Shown here one piece after another: positions 1 through 7,611 of a DNA stretch of 14,285 nt. Origin of the DNA: an uncultured archaeon. Its GTDB lineage: Archaea > Asgardarchaeota > Thorarchaeia > Thorarchaeales > Thorarchaeaceae. The stretch spans positions 1 to 14,285 of the forward strand of contig CAZVZC010000030.1 in assembly GCA_964631415.1 (NCBI GenBank), in the 5' to 3' direction. Both the position numbers and the translations under genes were made by a program. Position 1 is the first letter of the stretch, and every line of letters begins with the position of its first letter. The notes beneath the pieces were generated by a model. It had not been told where the DNA came from and did not search any database. It saw only the letters and a program-made list of their open reading frames with translations.

Positions 1-589
1 TGTTGCGCTGTCCTACTGCACTCGCGCTCGTGACGCTTCGTCCTGGCGTCTTGTTGGTGTCACTCTGGTCGTAGACACCCTTCTGGATTCCGTCCTTATA
101 GACGATACAGGAGCCGTTTGCACGGAATACCAGCTCAACAGTGGACGCTCCACCGTAGCCCCACTGCACGCGGAGGATAGGCAATGGACTAGCATCGACC
201 CAGTTCGGAACGTACGCGCTTATGTACCAGCCTTGATTGACACCATACGACGCAGTCGTTCGGACCCATTCAACATTTGCTGTGCCGAGCGTCGTTGCTG
301 TGAGGTAATAATCGCCGGCGGCATTGACCTCCATCTGCTTCCATACGCTGCCTGTAGTGAGCGTGTAGGCGCTTCGTGGCACACGCGCATAGAGTCCCGC
401 AAAGTTGGTCGACCATCCTTCAGTGACAGGCAGCGGAGCCGGCATGGCCGTCATGGTCACACTGTCAAACCATCCAGTGGAGTTCTGTCGGTCCCATGAA
501 GTACCATCAGCACCGACGCACACACGACCCTTGTCAGGACGTGGCTCAGGACAGTCGACTTCGACCAAGAGTGGCCAGTTTGTCGCCAT
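1..589 (-). CDS. Post-TMP tail-tip/minor tail protein, 3'-truncated by window edge (not in ORF track)
   Basis: ATG at 589 directly follows the TMP TAA. The frame is open for 196 codons to the edge: MATNWPLLVEVDCPEPRPDKGRVCVGADGTSWDRQNSTGWFDSVTMTAMPAPLPVTEGWSTNFAGLYARV...GRSVTSASAVGQRN. The product call rests on position only. Confidence 0.75.
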   Translation of the reverse strand, partial: MATNWPLLVEVDCPEPRPDKGRVCVGADGTSWDRQNSTGWFDSVTMTAMPAPLPVTEGWSTNFAGLYARVPRSAYTLTTGSVWKQMEVNAAGDYYLTATTLGTANVEWVRTTASYGVNQGWYISAYVPNWVDASPLPILRVQWGYGGASTVELVFRANGSCIVYKDGIQKGVYDQSDTNKTPGRSVTSASAVGQRN

Positions 590-2152
590 TTAGATTCTTC
601 TCATTTCGGTCACAAGGTTCTGCCGTCCAGCCTGGATCATCATCTTCCGCATCGAGCGCTCGAGATCCGTGCTTGCCGGAATGAGCGTCTGCGGAATGAT
701 GCCTACTCCACCGACGTTCGTTGGGTTGTTTCCAGCCGTTGCGAGTTCCGAAGCCGTGACACCGATGGCGCCCAGGCGTCCGCCGCCGAATGTTTGTTTG
801 CGAAGGTCAAGCAGATCTCGAGTGCTGCCGGTGTTCTTCGCGATCTCGAACAGGTGACCCTCCATTGACTTCGCCATGTCCACGAATGCCGCTTGCATCC
901 TGGCTGCATATGCCGCGATGTCGACCATCGTGTTGATGAGTCCGCCGCCCTTGCCTTCAGTAGACTTTGCAGCACCAGCAGCTGTTCCTGCTGCTTTACC
1001 AATATCAGTGACGGCAGGAGGAGTCAGTTCACCTGCTTTGCCGCCAGTCGCTTCGACTGTCATCTTGCCAGCCTTGCCGGCCTTGTCAATTTCTTCGAAC
1101 AGTTTATATGCACCGAATCCAGCAATTGCTGCCGCAGCCATCGCCGCTATTCCAAGGGCAGGATTTGCCGCAGCCTTACCAATGAGCACGGCCACATTCA
1201 ATGCTCTCATCGCTGCCACTGCACCCATTACAGCTTTGGCAACAACATTGAACTGAACAGCCATGTCAGCAAGAAACGAAACAACAGCGAGAGCGATCAA
1301 TGCTTTCATCACATTGTTAAGTGCGGTGCCTTCGGTCGCCATGAGCTTCACCAGAGCAGTTGCCTGTTCTAGTTTCTTGATAATCTCTGGCCCGAATGCC
1401 GCAAGGAATGGAGCGATAATTTTGCCTAGTGGCACATTGAAACGGAAGGTCGCATCACCAACATTGTCCATTGCAGTTTGAATACCAGCCGATGCTTGTG
1501 GTAGTTTGCCGAGTTCGATTGCAATCTTGCGAACAGCCTGTGCGCCAGTGAATCCCATCTTTGAGATGGCTTCACCGCTTCGTGTACCGAATGCCGCCTC
1601 GATGGCGTTTCCTGCGACAGCACTGGCCTCCACGAGTTGATTGATTTCTTCTTGTGAAACGCTCGTCTTCGCGGCCATGTCGGTCATGCCCTTGGTCATT
1701 TGACCGAGTGTTTCAGCAGAACCACCAGTCGAGGCAATAGCATTTGCCATGCCCTTTAATGCTTGTTCGGCTTCTGATGCACTTAGTCTCACGGAACGAA
1801 GACCAACAAATCCACGAATGGATTGTTCGAGGTTAATGCCTGGGAGTGCGGCGATTTGTTCCAGTCGCCCCATCTGCGCATTTAGTTCGTCAGTGGTACT
1901 GACAGTTGTCGCTACAGCGCGTGACAGTGAGTCGTATGTTGCAGCTGCATCCAGTGCACCTTTAGCAAATCCAATGACTGCGCCACCGACGAGTAGACCT
2001 TTGACCTGACCTGCGAGAGCGGCTGTGCTGTCCTTGGTTTTGTCCAGACCATCAGCCGCTGACTTTGCTTCGGTCTTGATGTTCTTCAGTGCCGCAACAG
2101 CATCGCCGGCGCCTGTAACTTTGAAAACGATATCGAAGATGCCGAGCGCCAT
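590..2152 (-). CDS. Tail tape measure protein (520 aa)
   Basis: Ala/Gly-rich and helical. N-terminal tape-measure-type region (...ALKGMANAIASTGGSAETL...VSQEEINQLVEA) and central hydrophobic segments. Follows the frameshifting chaperone. Confidence 0.9.
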   Translation of the reverse strand: MALGIFDIVFKVTGAGDAVAALKNIKTEAKSAADGLDKTKDSTAALAGQVKGLLVGGAVIGFAKGALDAAATYDSLSRAVATTVSTTDELNAQMGRLEQIAALPGINLEQSIRGFVGLRSVRLSASEAEQALKGMANAIASTGGSAETLGQMTKGMTDMAAKTSVSQEEINQLVEASAVAGNAIEAAFGTRSGEAISKMGFTGAQAVRKIAIELGKLPQASAGIQTAMDNVGDATFRFNVPLGKIIAPFLAAFGPEIIKKLEQATALVKLMATEGTALNNVMKALIALAVVSFLADMAVQFNVVAKAVMGAVAAMRALNVAVLIGKAAANPALGIAAMAAAAIAGFGAYKLFEEIDKAGKAGKMTVEATGGKAGELTPPAVTDIGKAAGTAAGAAKSTEGKGGGLINTMVDIAAYAARMQAAFVDMAKSMEGHLFEIAKNTGSTRDLLDLRKQTFGGGRLGAIGVTASELATAGNNPTNVGGVGIIPQTLIPASTDLERSMRKMMIQAGRQNLVTEMRRI

Positions 2153-2705
2153 TAGATAGTCCTTTTCGCCAGCACCGACATCACGGCCTTGACGATCTCA
2201 ACGATTTGATTTTCCCAGACTTCACCAGCCCATGCGACTTCGGCGAACTCGTCCAGGCTCAAATCGGTCTCGCTGGGATGGCGCTTTAGATGTCTCACCG
2301 AACAGTAGAGAATCTTCTGCGCCACCCCGCCTAGTCGTTTGGGACTTCGTCTACCGCTGCTTCGATGTCAATAGGGAACGCTTTGGCGAACTCTCCGACT
2401 ACATAGAGATAGATGTCGGAGCGGTCGCGAGCGAGCTGCGCGAAGCGGCGTCCTGGATTGATTTCGCCATCACCAGGCTGAATCACATAACAGCGTGCCA
2501 TGATCATCAGTATCTGGAGCATCTGGTCAGGAAACTCAGGGAATGCAATCTTCAGCGCCTTCTGAACTTCAGGTCGAGGAAACAGATCGGATGCCTTCGG
2601 TTCACGGAATGTGAACGAACCAGGTGCACCGATGAAGCGCTCGATGTCGACTACATAGTTCGGTCGACTTTCAGTTTTAGGAATAGCGTCAAAGATTGAA
2701 CTCAT
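2152..2705 (-). CDS. Frameshifted tail assembly chaperone (gpGT analogue), ~184 aa, via -1 shift at 2337-2343
   Basis: The -1 frame after C-CCA-AAC is open (RLGGVAQKILYCSVRHLKRHPSETDLSLDEFAEVAWAGEVWENQIVEIVKAVMSVLAKRTI*). Its TAA at 2154-2152 overlaps the TMP ATG. Confidence 0.8.
2331..2705 (-). CDS. Tail assembly chaperone (lambda gpG analogue), 124 aa
   Basis: Lies between the tail tube and tape measure genes. Ends ...GAA GTC CCA AAC GAC TAG, which contains a slippery heptamer. Confidence 0.8.
   Translation of the reverse strand: MSSIFDAIPKTESRPNYVVDIERFIGAPGSFTFREPKASDLFPRPEVQKALKIAFPEFPDQMLQILMIMARCYVIQPGDGEINPGRRFAQLARDRSDIYLYVVGEFAKAFPIDIEAAVDEVPND
2337..2343 (-). promoter_or_regulatory. 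-1 programmed ribosomal frameshift slippery site CCCAAAC
   Basis: X XXY YYZ heptamer (C CCA AAC) in the correct phase, one codon before the chaperone stop. Confidence 0.8.
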
Positions 2706-3157
2706 TATGATCCTGACAGACCAGTGATTCCGCTCACGCCAAGTTTGATGGTCGCGGTCTCGGTCTGTGTTTCTTCCGGAGTCAGGCTTAAGCCTGCTTC
2801 TGTGACCATACCAAAATACTTGACAACATTGCCAGCAACAGAAGCAGCGCCATCGAGGTCGACGTCAATCTCACATCCGAATCCGACCTTGCTCGTGAAC
2901 AGAGGTCCAGTCGTGTTGTCGATGTACAGCTCGAGGTTGACCGTGCCAGCCTGTGTCGTTGGAAGTGATGCCTCAAATACGGCGCACAATGCGGTGGCAT
3001 TGACCATGTTCTGTGTGACAGTCGTTGAGAACGACTTCGCGAGACACTGGACCGAAGTCGCAGTCGTTGTCGGGAGTGCGATCGTGTCACCAGTCAGTGC
3101 AGCTGCGGTGAATGTGATTGTGAGTGTTACGTCTTTTGCGAGTAGTGGACGGGCCAT
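2705..3157 (-). CDS. Major tail tube protein (siphovirus-type)
   Basis: 150 aa, Thr-rich and beta-strand-like, with GAGGT upstream. Lies between the terminator protein and the frameshifting chaperone. Confidence 0.72.
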   Translation of the reverse strand: MARPLLAKDVTLTITFTAAALTGDTIALPTTTATSVQCLAKSFSTTVTQNMVNATALCAVFEASLPTTQAGTVNLELYIDNTTGPLFTSKVGFGCEIDVDLDGAASVAGNVVKYFGMVTEAGLSLTPEETQTETATIKLGVSGITGLSGS

Positions 3158-3170
3158 CTGATAGTTACCT

Positions 3171-3647
3171 CTATGGAGTTATTGTGGCGACATAGACTTG
3201 AGCTATGCCATTGTCGACGCGTCCATCCTGGGACACGTCTATCGATGAGCTCACGCTCGCACGATTCAAAAAGAATACAGGAGTGGTCGAGTTTACCGAC
3301 TGCTTATTCAAGAGCGTGTCAATGCGGTCCACGATGCCCTTGATGCGTGCCATCGACACAGCACCAGACTGTGTGTCCCAGCACCACACCTGATGGCTTG
3401 ACGTGGTCACGATGCGGCCACCGCACACCGATGTCGTGTCGGTCTGTCCCGCGTCTAAATGACGGACCACAATGTATGGCACCTGTGGCTGTCGCAGACT
3501 GATCGGGTCCTTCTCCGGCGCGAAGTATAGGTATATACCCTGCTGGTACGAAGGCGCTCGATTGTCTACCGCGAGCAGTCCCTGGAGCGTTGCGTCAGCT
3601 GTGAGCGTGTCGTAAATCCACTCGTCGACGACCAGTGATTCAACCAT
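3171..3647 (-). CDS. Tail terminator / tail completion protein (SPP1 gp17-like)
   Basis: Lies between the gp10-like gene and the tail tube. WIYDTLTADATLQGLL, PYIVV, QVWCW and RIDTLL fit this fold. Confidence 0.7.
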   Translation of the reverse strand: MVESLVVDEWIYDTLTADATLQGLLAVDNRAPSYQQGIYLYFAPEKDPISLRQPQVPYIVVRHLDAGQTDTTSVCGGRIVTTSSHQVWCWDTQSGAVSMARIKGIVDRIDTLLNKQSVNSTTPVFFLNRASVSSSIDVSQDGRVDNGIAQVYVATITP

Positions 3648-4023
3648 TGAAGTACTTCCCTATTACACCCTGGAACACCGTCCATGCCTTCGTGCTGGCA
3701 GGGATAGCAAATGGACGATTCATCTGGAACTCCAGTATTTTGCCATAAGGCGCCGCGATGCTGATGATGTACTCGTAGTCGTTGACCTTGCCGATTGTGA
3801 TCGATGTCCGCAGGAATCCAGTTCGCACCGCTGGTGCTTGTCCTGGCGCGGATGCTTGATATGACTTCTTGCCGATCTTGTAGGTGCGACCAGACTTTGC
3901 GCCTGTCATCAGTGCAATCATTCCCGTGTACGAAGCCTTCACAGCCTTCTCGAGAAATACAGATAGCATGCGAAAACGCTTCTCCGCGTCGTCGAAGCCA
4001 GACAGGTCGACCTTGACTGTCAC
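3640..4023 (-). CDS. HK97 gp10-like neck/tail completion protein
   Basis: Basic 127-aa protein with SGRTY...ASAPGQAPAVRTGFLRTSI, PYGKILEF and RPF motifs. GTG start in a GTGA overlap. Confidence 0.78.
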   Translation of the reverse strand: MTVKVDLSGFDDAEKRFRMLSVFLEKAVKASYTGMIALMTGAKSGRTYKIGKKSYQASAPGQAPAVRTGFLRTSITIGKVNDYEYIISIAAPYGKILEFQMNRPFAIPASTKAWTVFQGVIGKYFNG

Positions 4024-4376
4024 GGAGCGAGGACCTCGATGAGCAGTGGACCGAAGCGTCGCACCGTAGTCGACACAGTAAGCGACAAAGTCAAGCGGAT
4101 CACAGCTGCTGTTGGGTATGCAGCCGGATTCAGAATCGTGACGATACCTTGTGACGACAGTGACTTTGTGAGCGTCACGGAACCAGTCACGAACGAATAT
4201 GCCACGCCTGTCGCAGCGTTCGTGTACGTGGCGCTCAACGTGCCTGTAGTGATGTCAATCGGACTACCGTTCTCGTCGACCAGGCGAACCACGTATGTGT
4301 GCCAGTCTCCAGTCCAGGCCGCGATCTGCGTGACCTGTTCCGGGTCTTCGGTTATCTGTAGGATGTTCACACTCAT
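4020..4376 (-). CDS. Hypothetical virion protein, BppU-N/Ig-like; paralogous to the C-terminal domain of the upstream 696-aa protein
   Basis: GDWHTYVVRLVDENGSPIDITTGTLSA...FGPLLIEV aligns by eye with GTATSIDVQVTDANGTGIDITGATVSA...FGPLRLYV. ATGA overlap with the upstream gene. Confidence 0.62.
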   Translation of the reverse strand: MSVNILQITEDPEQVTQIAAWTGDWHTYVVRLVDENGSPIDITTGTLSATYTNAATGVAYSFVTGSVTLTKSLSSQGIVTILNPAAYPTAAVIRLTLSLTVSTTVRRFGPLLIEVLAP

Positions 4377-6463
4377 ACTGGCCTCACATACAATCGCAAT
4401 GGTCCGAAGATCTGCGTATCCGTCGCACCTGTTGTCCTGGTCACCGTCACAGTGTACGTGCCTGACGTGTTGGTCACCGTAGTCGTAAGACCGAAGGACA
4501 GTCGACCATTGTCCGCATACGTCGCAGTGCCGGCATACGTCGCGACCAATGTTCCACCGCTGTTGTATACCTTCGCGCTGACTGTCGCTCCAGTGATGTC
4601 GATGCCAGTGCCGTTCGCGTCTGTGACCTGGACATCGATGGATGTCGCGGTTCCGACGTTGACGTCGAGCGGCTGGTCTGCTCCAAGGCCATCAGCCAGG
4701 AGTTGATAAGGTCCGATGTGTACGCTCGTCGCAGCTGACACAGGCGTCAACAGATCTGCGGAGATGTAGTCCGTTCCATTATGCTGTAGTGCTCCAAGAA
4801 GTTCGGATGCAGCTGCTTCGACGTCTACAATCGCGTGGACGTTAGCATGGATGTGCTGCTGTGTTCCGACTGCTGCAGGTCTATTGTCAACGGTAGTTTT
4901 GAGCGTGCGAGCACCGAAGCTGTTTGCAGCAGTATGTGACGTGTACGGCTCATCCCATACAGCCGCCGCCGTCTGTGCAGATGTCAAGCCACCACTAGAT
5001 AGTTTGACTGTCATTACCGCACCGTTAGTGCCGCTTGCACCACGCACCACGATTGTCACATCATCAGCACCAGCAGCCAGTGCAGCATCGGGAAGGTCGA
5101 GTCTGTACACGCCCGGCATGTTGGTCGAGTCAACCTCCGCAAAGCCGCCAGATGTCCACGCCTGAGCGATGGTACGGGCTACCAGCGGGATGTTGACAGA
5201 GGCTGTGCGTGTCCGGTTGTAGCGGGCTGATAGACCAGAGGTGGAGGCTGTGAGGCCTGTAGCACCGAGGTAGAGTTCGATGCTTTGCGATGTGCTACCG
5301 GGAGCGATGGTGATGGTAGACGCGTTGCGCTCGGTCGGAACATAAACGCCTGTAGCGGTGTTACTGAAAAACTCAATCGGCCCCATTGTTGGAGTCGTTG
5401 GAGCCAACCACGTCACACCATAAAAGTCAGCAGTATCGGAGTTAGTATTGATACCTGCATTCTGCGATGCAGAAGAACTGTGGTTCGCCCAGAATGGCAG
5501 GTTAGCCCATCCTGATAACCGAGACAACGTAAAGTCAGGACTGATGAATGCTCGAACCAAAGACCCTGTACCTTGGTCAACATTTGTCCGTTCTGCTGTA
5601 CAGTTGAAAACATTGTAAGACTCAACAAAATCACCAGTAGTTGTTGAAGTGATTCCGTTTGCAGTGTCAAAAATACAGTTCTGCACAACTACAGGGAATG
5701 TTGTATTTACTCGATTACTTCCCTGCGGCTTGATTCCTGTATTACCAACAAAGCGGCAGTTAACAACTGTTATGCCACCAAAACTTTGTGATGTCCCACC
5801 AGCATCAATCCTTAGACACTGATTAGTAGCGGTGGAAATATTGGCATTGATAAACAGGCTGTTTCTGATTAATGATTGTGAATTATATGATGCACCTGTT
5901 GCAGTAGTTTGTGTTAATCCAACGTAACCAAAGAAAACGCAATCATCAATAAGTGGCCCACGATTACCATTGCCGACTGAGAAGTTGAAATTATATGCAT
6001 CAGAAGATTGTGTTGGTGAATAAAAACCACATCGTCTAAAAATCTGATACGTACCAGCAAACGCAGTCACAGTGCCAAAGTTTGGGTTTCCACCAAGTCT
6101 GTAACCAACAAATGAAATGTCTTGAAAAGTTATAAAGTTTCGCGTTTGGCAAGTAAACAAAATACCTGATGCCGTAGTCGGGTCTGTAAAGTTGGTTATG
6201 ATAACGGGTCCAGCAGCCACTCCACTAAACTGCGACGCTGTAGGGTTACCAGCGATAGTGATGCGCTGTCCTTCACTTGACGGACTAGTAAACGCAGCTG
6301 TAAAAGCACCACGATAAACACCTGGAGCAATGTAAAGCGTGTCGCTTGGTGCAATGCCAGTGGCTCCGATTGCTTTACCGATAGTCTGCCACGCTTGATT
6401 TGCTGCGGGGCCTGTACCAGCGTTGCTGTCGCTGCCATCAGTCCTAACGTAATAAGTAGCCAT
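4373..6463 (-). CDS. Virion fibre/spike-like protein: N-terminal pectin-lyase-like right-handed beta-helix, central beta domain, C-terminal BppU-N/Ig-like domain (696 aa)
   Basis: Starts TYYVRTDGSDSNAG...AWQTIGKA...DTLYIAPGVY, a typical beta-helix cap. Repeated strand motifs ITFQDISF, IFRRCGF, LIDDCVF, LIRNSLF, ITVVNCRF and VVQNCIF. Thr/Ala/Gly-rich. C-terminal DVQVTDANGTGIDITGATV. Confidence 0.7.
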   Translation of the reverse strand: MATYYVRTDGSDSNAGTGPAANQAWQTIGKAIGATGIAPSDTLYIAPGVYRGAFTAAFTSPSSEGQRITIAGNPTASQFSGVAAGPVIITNFTDPTTASGILFTCQTRNFITFQDISFVGYRLGGNPNFGTVTAFAGTYQIFRRCGFYSPTQSSDAYNFNFSVGNGNRGPLIDDCVFFGYVGLTQTTATGASYNSQSLIRNSLFINANISTATNQCLRIDAGGTSQSFGGITVVNCRFVGNTGIKPQGSNRVNTTFPVVVQNCIFDTANGITSTTTGDFVESYNVFNCTAERTNVDQGTGSLVRAFISPDFTLSRLSGWANLPFWANHSSSASQNAGINTNSDTADFYGVTWLAPTTPTMGPIEFFSNTATGVYVPTERNASTITIAPGSTSQSIELYLGATGLTASTSGLSARYNRTRTASVNIPLVARTIAQAWTSGGFAEVDSTNMPGVYRLDLPDAALAAGADDVTIVVRGASGTNGAVMTVKLSSGGLTSAQTAAAVWDEPYTSHTAANSFGARTLKTTVDNRPAAVGTQQHIHANVHAIVDVEAAASELLGALQHNGTDYISADLLTPVSAATSVHIGPYQLLADGLGADQPLDVNVGTATSIDVQVTDANGTGIDITGATVSAKVYNSGGTLVATYAGTATYADNGRLSFGLTTTVTNTSGTYTVTVTRTTGATDTQIFGPLRLYVRPV

Positions 6464-6690
6464 TATTCAGCCTGCCCACTAACAATCTGTTGTGCCATAA
6501 TCACTGCGAACTGTTGGACAATGCCATATTGAAATGTTTCGTCCTGCTGAACCCACCAGATATTGACGCTGGTTCCATCCTGCCCAAACGTACCCAAGAT
6601 GTTTCCGTTGTCATCCTCAATATCACCAAAGACACGCCAGTCGGTAGACGGTGCAGGTTCCTTTTCAATGCGGAAGTTTTGCAGATTCAT
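6463..6690 (-). CDS. Hypothetical small acidic protein, 75 aa (MNLQNFRIEKEP...SGQAE)
   Basis: ATG at 6690 overlaps the holin-like stop (ATGA) with AAGGTGG upstream. Its TAA overlaps the next ATG (TAATG). The ORF-track extension to 7029 overlaps two other genes. Confidence 0.7.
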   Translation of the reverse strand: MNLQNFRIEKEPAPSTDWRVFGDIEDDNGNILGTFGQDGTSVNIWWVQQDETFQYGIVQQFAVIMAQQIVSGQAE

Positions 6691-6938
6691 TTGCCCACCT
6701 TCAGACTGTTCGCATTCGTACCCTTGAAAGGCATCGTCAAGAAGCCCAGCGCAGCACTCATCGCAGCTGTGACACCAGCCGCAACAGCCTTGCCACCGTA
6801 TACCGCCATCACTGCGCCGAGCTCGGCAATGTCCTTGGCTTCGGATGTGCGGATCCCATCGCCGAACACGGTGGAGAAGCTCGCGACGAAGGCGATCAGG
6901 ACGACCACGACCAGCCGTGAGATTGATATGCTGTTCAT
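6687..6938 (-). CDS. Putative holin-like membrane protein (two hydrophobic segments), 83 aa
   Basis: Hydrophobic LVVVVLIAFVASFSTVF and AVAAGVTAAMSAALGFL segments, basic C-terminus, GGAGG upstream, ATGA overlaps at both ends. Confidence 0.55.
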   Translation of the reverse strand: MNSISISRLVVVVLIAFVASFSTVFGDGIRTSEAKDIAELGAVMAVYGGKAVAAGVTAAMSAALGFLTMPFKGTNANSLKVGK

Positions 6939-7162
6939 CTTTGTATGATTGCCTCCAAAGCGCTGACCTTGTTCTCGAGTTTACCGAGCCGTTGCTCGAT
7001 GCGTCGCACTTCCTGCTGTTGCCCATCAAGCGTGTTGATGATGTGTGCCACCTGAGTCTCCAGGCGCGTCAACCTGACCTGCAATGCCACCCATGCGGCA
7101 CCAATGCTCATGGTAGTTATAAACGCTTGAATGCCAATCTGCACCCACATCTCAGGACTCAT
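6935..7162 (-). CDS. Small membrane protein, N-terminal TM helix plus coiled coil (holin-associated / XhlA-like architecture), 75 aa
   Basis: ATG at 7162 preceded by GAGGGG. Hydrophobic WVQIGIQAFITTMSIGAAWVAL is followed by the heptad pattern LTRLETQV...IEQRLGKLENKVSALE. The ORF-track start at 7306 overlaps the upstream gene and is unlikely. Confidence 0.6.
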   Translation of the reverse strand: MSPEMWVQIGIQAFITTMSIGAAWVALQVRLTRLETQVAHIINTLDGQQQEVRRIEQRLGKLENKVSALEAIIQR

Positions 7163-7230
7163 AGATACACCCCTCAAAACTCTAACCATATGATGGTGGC
7201 ACGAAGCGGATTCCCGCATCACGCAGTGGG

Positions 7231-7611
7231 TTAACCGTTTGTCCTGGCGCGGAGCGCGATGGTCTGCGACACAGCGTTCGTGTGACCGTAGTCTGACCCG
7301 ATGCACTCATAATATGGCGATAGCGACTGAGGATTGCCACTGACGTATATCCGGTCATCTGCACGCACTTCGACGTCTGGTGAGCATGTGAGCGTCCATG
7401 TACCGGACTGCTCGATCATGCCGCCGACAATGCCTTCGGTGTCGCCCGTGTTGCTGATGGTTGCGCGAATCTCAGCGACCTGGACCCAGTGCTGGCTGAT
7501 GCCGCCGATGCCATCGGACTGATTGACTGTCCGCCAGATCGCGACACGGTCCGCATACGAATACGCCTGGATCGCGTTCTTGAGCGCGTTGCTGTATGCA
7601 GATGGAATCAT
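7231..7611 (-). CDS. Head closure / head-tail joining protein (SPP1 gp16-like)
   Basis: 126 aa with RVAIWR...SDGIGG....W, a beta-rich core and DVEVRADDRI. Follows the adaptor with an ATGA overlap. Confidence 0.75.
   Translation of the reverse strand: MIPSAYSNALKNAIQAYSYADRVAIWRTVNQSDGIGGISQHWVQVAEIRATISNTGDTEGIVGGMIEQSGTWTLTCSPDVEVRADDRIYVSGNPQSLSPYYECIGSDYGHTNAVSQTIALRARTNG

Noticed and set aside
4373-6463. Possible diversity-generating retroelement target or invertible fibre cassette
   Set aside because: No template/variable repeat pair, reverse transcriptase, invertase or flanking inverted repeats seen in the window. One outside the window cannot be excluded.
6691-7306. ORF-track N-terminal extensions (6463-7029 as 188 aa; 6935-7306 as 123 aa)
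   Set aside because: They overlap neighbouring same-strand genes. Better starts with an RBS or stop/start coupling exist at 6690 and 7162.
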